Source of the DNA: Chiloscyllium plagiosum
Lineage: Eukaryota
Assembly: GCF_004010195.1 (NCBI RefSeq)
Contig: NC_057757.1
Coordinates: forward strand, 2,588,327 to 2,648,422
Length of the DNA: 60,096 nucleotides
Reading direction: 5' to 3'
A program made the position numbers and the translations under genes. Numbering within the stretch: the first letter of the stretch is position 1; the number at the start of each line of letters is the position of its first letter. The notes beneath the pieces were generated by a model. That model was given only the letters and a program-made list of their open reading frames with translations. It searched no databases and was not told the origin of the DNA. Positions 46,860 through 59,559 of this stretch are shown piece by piece.

Positions 46860-47170
46860 GAGCAGCAGTGGTTAGCACTGCTGCCTCACAGCACCAAGGA
46901 CCCAGGTTCGATTCCAGCCTTGGGCAACTGTGTGGAGTTTGCACGCTCTCCCAGTGTCTGCATGGGTATCATCCAGCTGCTCCAGTTTTCTCCCACAAAT
47001 CAAAGAGTTAGGAGGGTTAGGTGAATTGGCCACACTAAATTGTCCATGGTGTTCAGGGATATGTAGGCTAGGTGATTAGTAAGGGGTAAATATAGGGTAG
47101 GGAAATGGGTCTGGGTGTTGCTCCTCAGAGGTGGACTTGTTGGGCCAAAGGGCTCGTTTCCACACTAAAG
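46860..47170 (+). mobile_element. HE1-type V-SINE
   Basis: cagtggttagcactgctgcctcacagc...ggttcgattcc head and conserved body. Confidence 0.85.
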
Positions 47171-48179
47171 ATTCAGATTCTAATTAGACGGTGATCACTT
47201 TGGAAAGACATCCATACGGCATTAAAAAGCCCTTCGGTCCAACTAGTCCATGCCAGCCATAATCCCAAACTAGTCTCACCTGCCTGCTCCAGGTCCATAT
47301 CCGTCCAAAACCTTCCCTATTCATGTACTTACCCAAGTGTCTTGGATGTTGTAACTGTAATGCACCTACCACTTTCTCTGGTAAGTCATTCCAGATGTGA
47401 GCCACTAAAATGAGCTACCCCTTACGTCCTTTAAAATCTCTCTCTCCTCACTTTAAAAATATGCCCTCAGCCTTGAAATCCCCAACCTTAGGGAAAACAG
47501 TCATTCACCTTAATAGACCCCTCATGATATTACAAACTTCTGAAGGTGCCCACTCAACTTCCTATGCACTAGTGAAAAATGTCCCAGCCTATCCTGAAAA
47601 CTCAAACCTTCTGTTCCTGGCAATATTCTGGTAATTTTTTTGAACCCTCTCCAGCATAAATGATATCTTGTGTTGTTGATCAAGATCATTGGAAGTTAGA
47701 TATCTCCCTTGTATTAATCTTCTAGTTGTAAAGACCTGGTCTTGTGCAGACTTTCCATCCACAGAATGGGGTTTTTGAAAACTACAGATTAAATATTGAC
47801 CCAAGGCAATTCTCAATACAAATAGAATTAATACTGGTAGCTGTTATCCATTTTTGAACTCCAATCCTCCCCTCCACCCCAGTTCCACAGTAGTTCAGGG
47901 TAGAAGCATTGTCAAGTTTTTTTGGATTCCTAGTCTAGACTCTGGTCAAGATCAGAGGAATCAACCACGAATTCCTGTTTCGGTAAGATCACCTCATTTT
48001 CCATTCCAGAGTACCCAGACCCCCATAAAATGAAAACTTCTGATGCTAGAGATCCAGAACCAAAATTGCTGGTGAAACTCAGCAGGTCCAGTAGCATCTA
48101 TCTATTGGAAGAAAGCAGAGTTAACATTTCAAGTTGTGACTCAGAACTCTGAAGAGTCAGACTTTAAACACAAGCTTTC

Positions 48180-48564
48180 CTCCCACAGACATGGCCAGAC
48201 TTGTGGCGTCCAGGCCCATTTAACACAAGCACTCCTCAGAGGAGATCAATCAAGGATCGATCGATCTCTGAAGAATTTTTGCCTAGCGCACACACAGTGG
48301 GCCTAAGGGGTTTTTCCTGTGCTGTAGACTAATCACATTGACGTTTTGGATCCAACTTTCTCCAGATATTGCTCTCCCACAGACATGGCCAGACTTGTGG
48401 CGTCCAGGCCCATTTAACACAAGCACTCCTCAGAGGAGATCAATCAAGGATCGATCGATCTCTGAAGAATTTTTGCCTAGCACACAGTGGGCCTAAGGGG
48501 TTTTTTCCTGTGCTGTAGACTAATCACATTGACCTTTTGGATCCAACTTTCTCCAGATATTGCT
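48180..48564. repeat. Tandem duplication of ~194 bp
   Basis: Units 48180-48373 and 48374-48564 differ by two small indels and one substitution. Confidence 0.9.
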
Positions 48565-50149
48565 GTAAGTTTGAAATTCTCCAGCATTTTGTTTTTACAT
48601 CATATGCCTGCCCAGCTATTGGTTAACTCCATAAATCATACATCAATTTTTTGAACAGGAAACTCTTTCCTAATTTTTAATTCACCTTATTCCATATTTG
48701 GCAGCCCCTGCCACTTCCTTCACTCAAGTTGAAGTTATGTACAACATTAATGTAATCATGCATAAACTTGCTCCACTTATTTACAAAATTAAGAAGCCTA
48801 TTCCAAATAGAATTTCCTAGTTTGATCCCAGCTAAATGCATTATTATATAATCCCTATAGTGTGGAAGCAGATCCTTCAGGCCAACAAGTCTACACCAAT
48901 CCTTCCAAGAGTAATCCACCCAAACCCATTTCCCCTACCCTATATTTACCCCCGACTAATGCACTTAACCTGCACATCCCTGGGCACTATGGGACAATTT
49001 AGCACAGCCAATCCACCTTAACCTGCACATCTTTGGACGAGCCACCTTAAAAAGTGATATTACAGGAATCTAGACAAATCAAAGACAAAAAAATAGGTCA
49101 CTTAGTTGTTCATTTCAGAAACGATGGCGCTGATCTGACAAGGATATAGTTTTTAAAGAAATGTTTAAGTTGGGAAAGGCTTAGGCCAGAGACCAGGAGC
49201 AACCTATCAAATCCAAACAGAAAGTAAGCGTTTTTATAGGATTACGTGTAACCCTTATACTAAGGAAGTTCAGAAACATTTCCATCCCTCTGTTAGTCAA
49301 CACGATAGACAGCAATCAGAACAGGTTTTCAAACAAAGTAGAGTACAGGTAGGTTTGAGACGTTTCCCTCTACAGAAGGGGGGATTGGGCTAGATAGAGA
49401 GAGACCTCGAACACCCAACCAGAGGGCCTGATTCTATGCTGTGGGACTAACTCTCCCCACGCAACTATTAGAAAAGATTTTTTTTAAAAAATTACTTAAA
49501 AGTTTTCACGCCCAGAAAGATCCATTAATGTTTGTAAAGACAAGCGGCTCAGCCTCCTCTTCCGAACTGAGTTAGAGCAGTTGTTTAAAAGCCACCAATA
49601 AAATCTACAACTACCCCCTATTGTTACAAAAATAGTTTTCGCTTTTTTTCTTTAGTTACAAAAATAGTTTTTTTTCCCCTTCTCGCTCTCTGTATTAAAG
49701 CCAGACACCTCTTCATACTTACGTAGAGAGTAGATTAGAATCATAGCGCCTGCCTCATTCTAGCTATATAAAAGATTCCTGCCAATTTCTTCAAGAATAA
49801 ATTCTCGTGTTTAATTTTTGATTTCAATTGAAAGAGTTACTGAGATGTGTTGGAGCACACGTGCATCGGGCTGGGAAAACAAGGGTGCGTCTTAGAATTT
49901 AGCCCTGCGCTGTTGTTGGGAGGGATTCCATCCTTGATTGTTTTCCCACTCAGCAGTTTATTTGCCACGTCCAATAAACTTTATTTGGCTGGGAGGTCAT
50001 TTCATTAAGGAACGCCATTAGGATTAAAGTGGGTTACTCCAGATCCATCGAGTTACAAACGAGAGAAAAAATAAATTGTACGTGCATTCTGTCTTTCACA
50101 CCCATAGCAATTGCATTTGCATAGCGCCTTACACATCCACAGCAAAGTG

Positions 50150-52300
50150 CTCTAGAAACATAGAAATTGGGAGCAGGAGTAGGCTGTTCGGCCCTTCAAA
50201 TGTGCTTTCCCCCTTCAAGATGATCATTGCTGATGACCCAACTCATTCTCTTCTTTCCCCCACACTCTTTAATCCCTTCAGCCCTAAGAGCTATATCTAA
50301 CTCCTTGAAAGCTTTCAATGTTTTGGCTTCCACTGCCTTCTTTGGCAGAGAATTCCACACGTTCCCACTCTCAGGGTGAAGACATTTCGAGTCACAGAGA
50401 TGTATAGCACGGAAACAGACCCTTTGGTCCAACTTGTCCATGCTGACCAGATATCTTAAATTAATCTAGTCCCATTTGCCAGCACTTGGCCCATATCCCT
50501 CTAAACCCTTCTATTGATATACCAATCCAGATTTTAAATGCTGTAATTGTACCAGCCTCCGCCATTTCCTCTGGCAGCTCATTCCATACACGCACCACTC
50601 TCTGTGAAAAAGTTCCCCCTTAGGTTTCTTTTAAATCTTTCCCCTCTCACCCTAAACCTCTGCCCTCTCTTTTTGGACTCCCCTACCCTGGAGAAAAGAC
50701 TTTGACTATCCACCCTATCCATGCCCCTCATGATTTTATTATCATGATGCCTCCAATGCTGTGGGGAAAAACAGCCCCAGCCTGTTCAGCCTCTCTCTAT
50801 AGCTCAAACCCTCCAATCCTGGCAACATCCCTGTTAAATCTTTTCTGAACTCTTTCAAATTTAACAACATCTTTATTATCATGATGCCTCCAATGCTGTG
50901 GGGAAAAACAGCCGCAGCCTATTCAGCCTCTCTCTATAGCTCAAACCCTCCAATCCTGGCAACATCCCTATTAAATCTTTTCTGAACTCTTTCAAATTTA
51001 ACAACATCTTTCTTGTAGCAAGGTCCCAGAATTGAACATAATATTCCAAAAGTGGCCTCACCAAAGTTCTGTACAGCCACAACATGACATCCCAACTCCT
51101 ATACTCTATGCACTGGTCAATAAAGTGATGTCAATCCATGTAATATTTTATAAATTCCTACTTTGGGAATAGAACCAGTCTGACTCAAGATTAGAATACA
51201 GACAGATGCTAACCTCACACCTTTAATATGTTGTCTGAGCTGATATGTCACTTTCTTTTTAATAATACCTTGAGTTATCTCAAGAATGTGACTTAAAAGT
51301 AGTTCTGGGATTTACGTATTAATGAACTGAAACCTGCATCACATTCTAAAAGATGAAAGACTTAACAGCAATCTAGGTTTGTTCAATATATCATTCCAGT
51401 TGCAAGACACAGTAATCTTTTGCTATAAATTACATATCTTATGATCCTCTTCCAAAGCTATCTGATGAAGGAGCAGCGCTCCAAAAGTTAGTGCTTCCAA
51501 ATAAACCTGTTGGACTATAACCTGGTGTTATGTAGTTTTTAACCCTGATCAATGAAGGCAAGAGTACCAAATGCCTTCTTTCTACCTTGTCTACCTGCAA
51601 CTGCACTTTCAAGGAACTATGAACCAACGCTCTGGGGTCTCTTTGTTCGACAACACTACCCAGGATCCTCCCATGAGAGAGAGTCACAGAGATGTACAGC
51701 ACGGAAACAGACCCTTCGGTCCAACCCGTCCATGCCGACCAGATATCCCAACCCAATCTAGTCTCACTTGCCAGCACCCGGCCCATATCCCTCCAAACCC
51801 TTTCTATTCATATACCATTTTATCCAGATGCCTTTTAAATGCTGTGATAGTTACCAGCTTCCACCACTTCCTCCAGCTCATCCCACATGTGCGCCATCCT
51901 CTGCGTGAAAAAGTTGCTCCTTAGGTCACCTTTATATCTTTCCCCTCTCACCTTAAACCTATGCCCTCTAGTTGTGGACTCCCCCACCCCAGGGAAAAGA
52001 CCTTGCCTATTTACCCTATCCATGCCCCTCATGATTTTATAAACCTCTATAAGGTCACCCCTCAGCCTCCAACACTAATGTGTAAGTCTGGCCTTACAAA
52101 AATACATTTCTCCCAGTCTCAGTCCTACCCCATATCCTTAGACTGTGACCCTATGGTTCAGGATTCCCTGGTCATCGGGAACATCCTTTCTGTGTGTACT
52201 CCTGTCTAGACCTGTTAGAACTTTATAGATTTCTATGAGGATCCTCCCTCGCATTCTTCTAAACACCAGCAAACATGGTCGTAAATGATCCAATCTCTCT
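50150..52300 (-). mobile_element. Cluster of nested CR1 3' fragments, with a 137-bp tandem duplication (50735-51011) and a family-B Penelope-related insert (about 51165-51545)
   Basis: Repeated CR1 3' ends (gtcacagagatgta...ggaaacagaccc); CTGATGAAGGAGCAGCGCTCC at 51462. Confidence 0.75.
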
Positions 52301-52759
52301 TCATGCATCTTTAGATCTGTTGAGGTAGTTTTTGAACTGTATTTCCTGTTGTTATCAAGGAGATAAGAGCTCAGGTAGTTCACTTGGCTGGATGGCTGGT
52401 TTGTGCTGCAAACAGTATGGGTTCAATTCCCACACTGTCTTGAGGTTACCATGAAGGTCTCTTCTTCTCAACCTCTGCCCTCTCCTGAGGCATGGTGACC
52501 CTCAGGTGAAACCCCCATCAGCTGCCTCTCTGATAAGAGAGTAGCCCTATGGTCTGGCGAGACTCTAGCGACTTTACCCAATCAAGGACAGACTCTCACA
52601 CAGTAATCCGAAGGAGATGACAGTCTGCTGAATAATGTTGCTGGATGAGAGATAGATATTGGACCGGGCGCTAAGGGGTGAACTCATAAGCAAAATGCCG
52701 AAGATCTGAAATAAAAACACAAGTGTTGGAGAAAACAAAGCCATACTGTACCCAAAATG

Positions 52760-53070
52760 GGCGGCACGGTTGCTAGGTGGTTAGCACTGCTGCCTCAGGG
52801 AACTGGATTCGATTCTACTCTTGGACGGCTGTCTGTGGGAGTTTGCACATTCTCCCCATGTCTACCTGGGTTTCCTCCGGGTTCTTCGGTTTCCTCCCAC
52901 AGTCCAGTGTGGACTAGTTATGCCTAAATTGCCCATAGGGTCCAGGATGTGTGGGTTAGCCAGTGGAAATGCAGGTTTACAGGGATAGAGCGGGTCTGGG
53001 TGGCTTGCTCTTTGGAGGGTCAGTGTGGACTCGATAGGCTGAATGGCCTGCTTCCACACTGTAGGGACTC
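52760..53070 (+). mobile_element. HE1-type V-SINE
   Basis: gggcggcacggt...ggttagcactgctgcctca head; tail ttccacactgtaggg. Confidence 0.85.
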
Positions 53071-53639
53071 TGTGAGGATATGATTCATGGTAACTTCAGC
53101 CACCCTTATCAAAACAGAGTAGCATTAGACCATCTAGACTTCAGTAGCACAGGAATACGATCTCATAGATTCCGAAACAGTGCAGTGCAGTCTTCGTCGT
53201 GTGCTGAATCCATTTTTAAATGGTTTCGAGGTACAATCCTGTGGTAAAGTGCTCACACTTCCTGCTGGGGAAGAGATCCGACTCATAACTGGCCAATATA
53301 CCTCCGAAGGCTCACCGTTTCAGTGAGAGGGCACAGCTTTGAGGTTACTTAGAAAAGCAGTAAGGGTGACACAAGGGAAAACATTCTCAGGGCGAGTGGT
53401 GGGGACCTGGGGTGTGCTGCCAGAGAGTGTAGTGGGGGAAAGCTCAGCTGAGACATTCAGAAGAGAATCATCAGGAAAGGAAATAGGTGCAGGTTTGCAG
53501 GGCCTGAGGGGTGAGGTACATTGCTGATTGGGGGGAAGCCAGTACAGATGTGATGGACTGAATGGCTTTCAGCGCTGAAACCGCTCTGTGCCTGTGGGAG
53601 TTTGAGTAAATTAACTGCAACTTCATCGGTAGCACGTAG

Positions 53640-54220
53640 AACATAGAACATTATAGTGCAGTACAGGCCCTTCGGCCCTCGATGTTATGCCGACCTATGG
53701 AACCAGTTTGAAGCCCATATATCCTACACTATTCCATTCTTGTCCATATGTTTATCCAATGACCATTTAAATGTCCTTAAAGTTGGCGAGTCTACTGTTG
53801 CAGCCACGCCCCTATTACCCTCTGAGTAAAGAAACTCCCTCTGATATCTGTCCTATATCTATCACCCCTCAACTTAAAGTTATGTCCCTTCGTGCAAGCC
53901 ATCACTATCCGAGGAAAAAGGCTCTCACTGTCCACCCTTATCGAATTATCTTATGTGTCTCAATTAAGTCACGTCTCAACCTCCTTCTCTTGAATGAAAA
54001 CAACCTCAAGTCCCTCAGCGTTCCCTCCATACCAGGCAACATCCTGGTAAATCTCCATTCCAAAGCTTCCACGTCCTTCCCATAACGCGGTGACCAGAAC
54101 TGTATGCAATACTCCAAGTGCGGGCCACACTGGAGCATGACCTCGTGGCTCCGAAACTCAATCCCTCTACCAATAATAGCTAACACACCGCATGCCTTCT
54201 TAACAACCTTGTCAACATAT
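53640..54220 (-). mobile_element. CR1 LINE 3' fragment
   Basis: ORF 53938..54267 has LEYCIQFWSP and RRRLRRDLIE. Confidence 0.8.
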
Positions 54221-54809
54221 TGAAATTTCCTGTTTACCCCATGAAATTTCCTGCTTACGCTGCTCAAATTTCCAGCTCAGCAGTTTTCACGGAGATGGAA
54301 TCCCTTCTCCCAGAGTCTTCGGAACTCCTTGCCACAGAGAGCTGTGGGTTGGGTTGGGGGGGGTGGGCACAGTCCTTGTGTACATTGAAAGCTGAGACAG
54401 ATCCTCGATCTGAGGAAAGGCCAGCAAAATGGACACGAGGAGGGCTGGATGAGTCACGATCCTGCCGAATGGCGGAGCAGACAGGAGGGACCACATGGCC
54501 TGCTCCTGTTCCTGTTTCTGATGGTCTTAAGGGCACGGTTTGTTAATCGAAGTCGAACTGGTAAAATTGCCGAATGAAAGAATGAGCTGCGGATGCTAGA
54601 AACAAGAAACAAAAACTGAAACTGCTGGAGAAACTCAGCAGGGTCTGGCAGCATCTGTGGAGGGAAAGCAGAGCTCAGCTGGAAACATAAGCTGCCAGAC
54701 CCTGATGACCTGCTCCAACAATTTCTGTCTGTTTCGAATAAAATTGCTGTTTTACTTTAAGCCACTGGGTGGCCCCACAGACTGTACCTTTCCCAGTCAC
54801 GAGGTCTTA

Positions 54810-55180
54810 CATGGAGATGCTGGCATTGCACTGGGGTATACAAAGTTAAAAATCACACAATGCCAGGTTATAACCCAACCGGTTTATTTGGAAGCACTAG
54901 CCTTCAGAGCGCCGCTGTTTTGTCAGGTGGTTGTCAGAGTCCACCTGATGAAGGAGCAGCGCTCGGAAAGCTAGTGCTTCACAACCTGGTGTTTTGTGAT
55001 TTTTAATTTTGCAGTTTTTGAGTCAAGATTAGAGTGGTGCTGGAGGACCTGATGAAGGGTGTTTCCCCGAAACGTCAATTTTCCTGCTCCTCGGCTGCTG
55101 CCTGACCTGCTGTGCTTTTCCAGCACCACTCTGATCTTGACTCCAATTTCCAGCATCTGCAGTACCCACTTTCACCTTTG
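54810..55180. mobile_element. Adjacent family-B (54945-54972) and family-A (55049-55076) hammerhead-bearing mini elements
   Basis: cacCTGATGAAGGAGCAGCGCTCGGAAAGCTAgtg with an inverted degenerate copy at 54899-54926; CTGATGAAGGGTGTTTCCCCGAAACGTC. Confidence 0.65.
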
Positions 55181-56413
55181 CAATTTTTCAAGTCATAGAG
55201 ATGTACAGCACAGAAACAGACCCTTTGGTCAAACTTGTCCATGCCGACCAGCTACCCTAATTTAATCTAGACCTATTTGCTATCAATTGGCCCATATCCC
55301 TCCAAATCCTTCCTATTCACATACCCATCCAGATGCCTTTAAAATGCTGCAATTATACCAGTCTCCACCACTTCCTCTGGCAGCTCATTCCATACACATA
55401 CCAACCTCTGAGAAAAACTTTCCCCTCGGGTCCTTTTTAAATCTTTCCCCTCTCACCTTAAACCTACGCCTCCCCTAGTTTTGAACTCCCCTACCCTGGG
55501 AAAAAGACATTGGCTATTCATCCTAGCCAGACCCCTCGTGACTTTTTAAACCTCTATAAGGTCACCCCTCAGCCTCTGACGCTCCAACCCCAGAAACATC
55601 CTTGTAAATTTTTTCTGAGTCTTTTCAAGTTTCACAACATCCTCCCTGTATCTTATGAACCTAACTCACAGTTAAACATGCAAATGTGGAACTTTTCTGT
55701 AAGGCTAGATTTGCAACAAGTTGAGCAAGTCTATTCTATCCGGAAGTTTTGATATGAAGGTTGGTTAGTAGCTTGTGGAATTCAATCAAGAAATGTTGAA
55801 TCTACAATTCTACGCCGTTTCACCTCTCCCCTCTTATCAAGGAGTTAGTAAACATGAGCTGGAATTCTGACTTAGAAAGCTCACTTCTATAAACTAGTTT
55901 GAAAGATACAAATAGAGTCATTGAGTCATAGAGATGTACAGCATGGAAACAGACCCTTCGGTCCAACCCGTCCATGCCGACCAGATATTCCAACCCAATC
56001 TAGTCCCAATCCTAGCTGCCTTGAATTTCTTGCCATTTTGAATTCAACTTTTATCTGAGCTTGATGTTATTAAATTGATAGAAATTTTATTGAAATTAAG
56101 TAAAACAAAAATCCTTCGCTGAGAGAATGCAGGAATTACTGGTGCTTTTTTATTAGAAATATATCACAGATACATCCAAAATGTTTTTTTGAAACATAAC
56201 TGATTGGTTTGAGAATGACGAGCAGATTAAGTGCCGTTTCCTTCCTGAAATATCAGATGAAGGTTATGCAGAACAAACGAAAAAATGTGGAGATGCCTTT
56301 GTGAAAAGCTGTCCCACACAAGCAGTGCGAAAGCCATTCGTTCATCTGCGGAAGCCCAGAGTTTATCGGCAGGCAAATTTCTCAAATTAAGATGGAGCAA
56401 AGGCTTTCCTCAT

Positions 56414-56616
56414 TCAAGAGCTTGAAAAATTCTTGGTCAGAACCAAGGTTCCACCACAAATACACACACAAAATCCAACAAGCATCATGAGCCCGAGAAT
56501 GATATAAACAGCAGTGGTGATCCAGAAGGCAAAGAGGTATAGTGTTTTGTCGCAATAATTGGGAGAAGCTTTGTCAATATAATCTGGCTGGTAGATGCTG
56601 TAGATCCAAACGCTTC
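56414..56616 (-). CDS. TMEM272-like gene copy 2, last exon (upstream exons not seen in the window)
   Basis: cttccag|GA AGC GTT TGG; (G)SVWIYSIYQPDYIDKASPNYCDKTLYLFAFW...NFSSS*; same phase and motif as copy 1; AATAAA at 56149-56154 and 56086-56091. Confidence 0.85.
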
Positions 56617-57072
56617 CTGGAAGAGATGAGGAATGCAATATTTGACATTTAATCCTCAATGTCTTTTTGATGTTACAAATACACTTTGATATTAAGAAGC
56701 GACACAGATCACACCTTCTTCGGGATATGTACTGAAAGTACTTTTGATCTCAAAATGAAACACCGCTCCCCTTACTCTCACTTTTTATTGAGTTTGCAAG
56801 TTTCAGGCTGGTTGGATGTTTGCTATGAAACTGGATTTAGAGTCAGACGGTCATGCAGTATGGAAACAGACCCTTTGGCCCAACTCGTCTATGCTGACCA
56901 GGTTTCCTAAGCTAACCTAGGCCCATTTAGAGTCATAGAGGCATAGAGATGTACAGCATGGAAACAGACCCTTCGGTCCAACCTGTCCATGCCGACCAGA
57001 TATCCCAACCCAATCTAGTCCCACCTGCCAGCACCCGGCCCATATCCCTCCAAACCCTTCCTATTCATATAC

Positions 57073-57172
57073 NNNNNNNNNNNNNNNNNNNNNNNNNNNN
57101 NNNNNNNNNNNNNNNNNNNNNNNNNNNNNNNNNNNNNNNNNNNNNNNNNNNNNNNNNNNNNNNNNNNNNNNN
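57073..57172. other. Assembly gap (100 N)
   Basis: Run of N. Confidence 0.99.
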
Positions 57173-57987
57173 TCCTCCAACCCTGGCAACATCCTTGTAA
57201 ATCTTTTCTGAACCCTTTCAAGTTTCACAACCTCTTGCCTGCATTTGGCCCATATCCCTTGAAACCTTTCCTACTCATGTACTGTCCAAATATCTTTGTT
57301 ATCATTGTGTCCGCCTCTACCACCCCTTCTGACAGCACATTCCATATACACACTACCCTCTGCATGAAAACATTGCCCCTCAAGTCCTTTTTAAATCTTT
57401 TCCCTCTCACCTTCAAAATATGGCTGCTAGTTTTGCACTACCTTACCCTGGGGAAAAGACCAGGTCTATTTCACCTTATCTATAGCCCTCATGATTTTAT
57501 AAACCTCTATAAGGACACCCCTCAAACTCCTACACTCCAGGGGAAAAAGGTCCCAACCTCTCCTTGTAACTCAAACCTTCCAGTCCCAGGCTAACATCTG
57601 TGTAAATATGTTTGGCACTCTTTTCAGTTTAATAGTACCCTTCCTGTGGCAGTTCAACCAGAATTGTATATTGTACTCAAATGTGGCTTTACCAGTCTCT
57701 TGTACAGCTATAATACGATGTCTCAACTTGTGAATTCAATGCTCTGACCGATGAAGGCAAGCATGCCAAACCCCTTCTTTACCTTTCTGTCGAACCGTGA
57801 TGTCACATTCAAGGGCATATGTACCTGCACCCCCTAGGTCTCTCTGTTCGACAACACTGCCCAGGGGCCTACCATTAACAGTGTAAGTACTTCCCTGGTT
57901 TGTCTTACCAAAACGCAACTCCTCACGTTTATCTAAATTAAACCCCATCTGCCATCCCTTCAGCCCACTGGCTCAGTTGATCAAGTA

Positions 57988-58274
57988 GGCGGCACGGTGG
58001 CACAGTGGTTAGCACTGCTGCCTCACAGCGCCAGAGACCCGGGTTCAATTCCCACCTCGGGCGACTGTGTGTGTGGAGTTTGCACATTTTCCCCGTGTCT
58101 GCGTAGGTTTCCTCCGGGTGCTCCGGTTTCCTCCCACAGTCCAAAGACGTGCAGGTTAGGGTGAATTAGCCATGCTGAATTGCCAGTAGTGTTAGGTGAA
58201 GGGGTAAATGTATGGGTGGGTGGATTTGTTGGGCTGAAGGGCCTGTTTCCACACTGTAAGTAATCTAATCTAAT
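57988..58274 (+). mobile_element. Full-length young HE1-type V-SINE
   Basis: GGCGGCACGGTGGCACAGTGGTTAGCACTGCTGCCTCACAGCGCC...GGTTCAATTCC (A/B boxes) through a GTAATCTAATCTAAT tail. Confidence 0.92.
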
Positions 58275-59237
58275 CCCGTTGTACTCTGAGATAATCTTTT
58301 TTACTGTCCACTATACAAATCTATTTTGGTGTTATCTGCAAACTTACTAACTATACCTACTATATTCTTATCCAAATCATTCATATAAATGACAAACAGC
58401 AGTGGACTCTGATCCTTGCCACACGCTGCTGGTCACAGACCTCGTTTCTGAAAAATAACTGTCTACCACCACCTTTTGTCTCTTACCTTTAAGCCAATTT
58501 TGTATCCAATTGACTAGCTCTCCCTGGATCCCATGTGATCTAACATTACGAACCACTCTACCATCCTGGGACCTTGTCGAAGGCCTTGCTAAAATCCATT
58601 TAGACAACGTCTACCACTCTGCCTTCATCTATCTTCTTGTTCACCTCTTCCAAAAAAACTCAATCAAATATGTATCCCATGAACAAAGCCACGCTGACTA
58701 TCCCTCATCGGTCCATGCCTCCTCAAATGCCCATAAACACTGCCTCTCAGAACCCCCCTCCAACAACTTACCCGCCACTAACATCAGGCTCACCGGTCTA
58801 CACATCCCTGGCTTTTACTTTTAGCTCTTTTTAGATAAAGGCACAACATTAGCCTTCCAGACCCTCACCCATGACTGTCGATGATACAAATATCTCTATT
58901 AGTGGCCCCGCAATTACTTTCCCAGACTTCCCCCAAAATCCTGGGATAGACCTGATCAGGCCCCAGGGATTTATGGGTTTGAAGACCTCCAGCACCTTGT
59001 CTTTGCTAATGTGGACTTCTTTTCCAGACAGCAGTATTCAGTTCCCTGAGTTCCCCAGCTTCCATGTCTATTCCCACAGTAAATACTGATGAGAAATATT
59101 GGTTTGGGATCTCATTCTTTAAGAAGAGGGAATCTGTGTCACTGAGGCACACAGGATGAAGGCAAGAGAAACCATTCAGTGACTATTTCATAGAATCATA
59201 GAATCTCGGAATCCCTACAGTGTGGAAACAGGCTGTG

Positions 59238-59555
59238 AGACAATTTAGCATGACCAATCCACCCTAACCTGCACGTCCCTGGACACTATGGGACAATTTA
59301 GCACGGCCAATCCACCCTAACCTGCACGTCCCTGGGCACTATGGGACAATTTAGCATCGCCAATCCACCCTAACCTGCACATCCCTGGGCACTATGGGAC
59401 AATTTAGCACGGCCAATCCACCCTAACCTGCACATTCCTGGGGACTATGGAACAATTTATCACGGCCAATCCACCCTAAACTGCACATTCCTGGGGACTA
59501 TGGAACAATTTAGCACGGCCAATCCACCCTAACCTGCACATCCGTGGACACTGTG
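59238..59555 (-). repeat. 53-bp tandem array (~6 copies), reverse complement of the 26-598 unit
   Basis: acaatttagcacggccaatccaccctaacctgcacatccctgggcactatggg repeats with variants. Confidence 0.9.
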
Positions 59556-59559
59556 TGAC

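Larger units (their letters stand above)
56840..59100 (-). mobile_element. Nested CR1 fragments
   Basis: CR1 RT and 3' end ORF pieces (57225, 57736, 58377) interrupted by a gap and a SINE. Confidence 0.8.

Noticed and set aside
49717-49780. Non-coding first exon and TATA of TMEM272-like copy 1 (gtaagt donor at 49722)
   Set aside because: Likely region, but boundaries cannot be supported without transcripts.
54220-54546. Short ORFs as exons
   Set aside because: Sequence matches decayed CR1-type 3' ends; no consistent splice phase.
57988-58065. tRNA gene
   Set aside because: tRNA-derived SINE head that continues into the HE1 body and tail.
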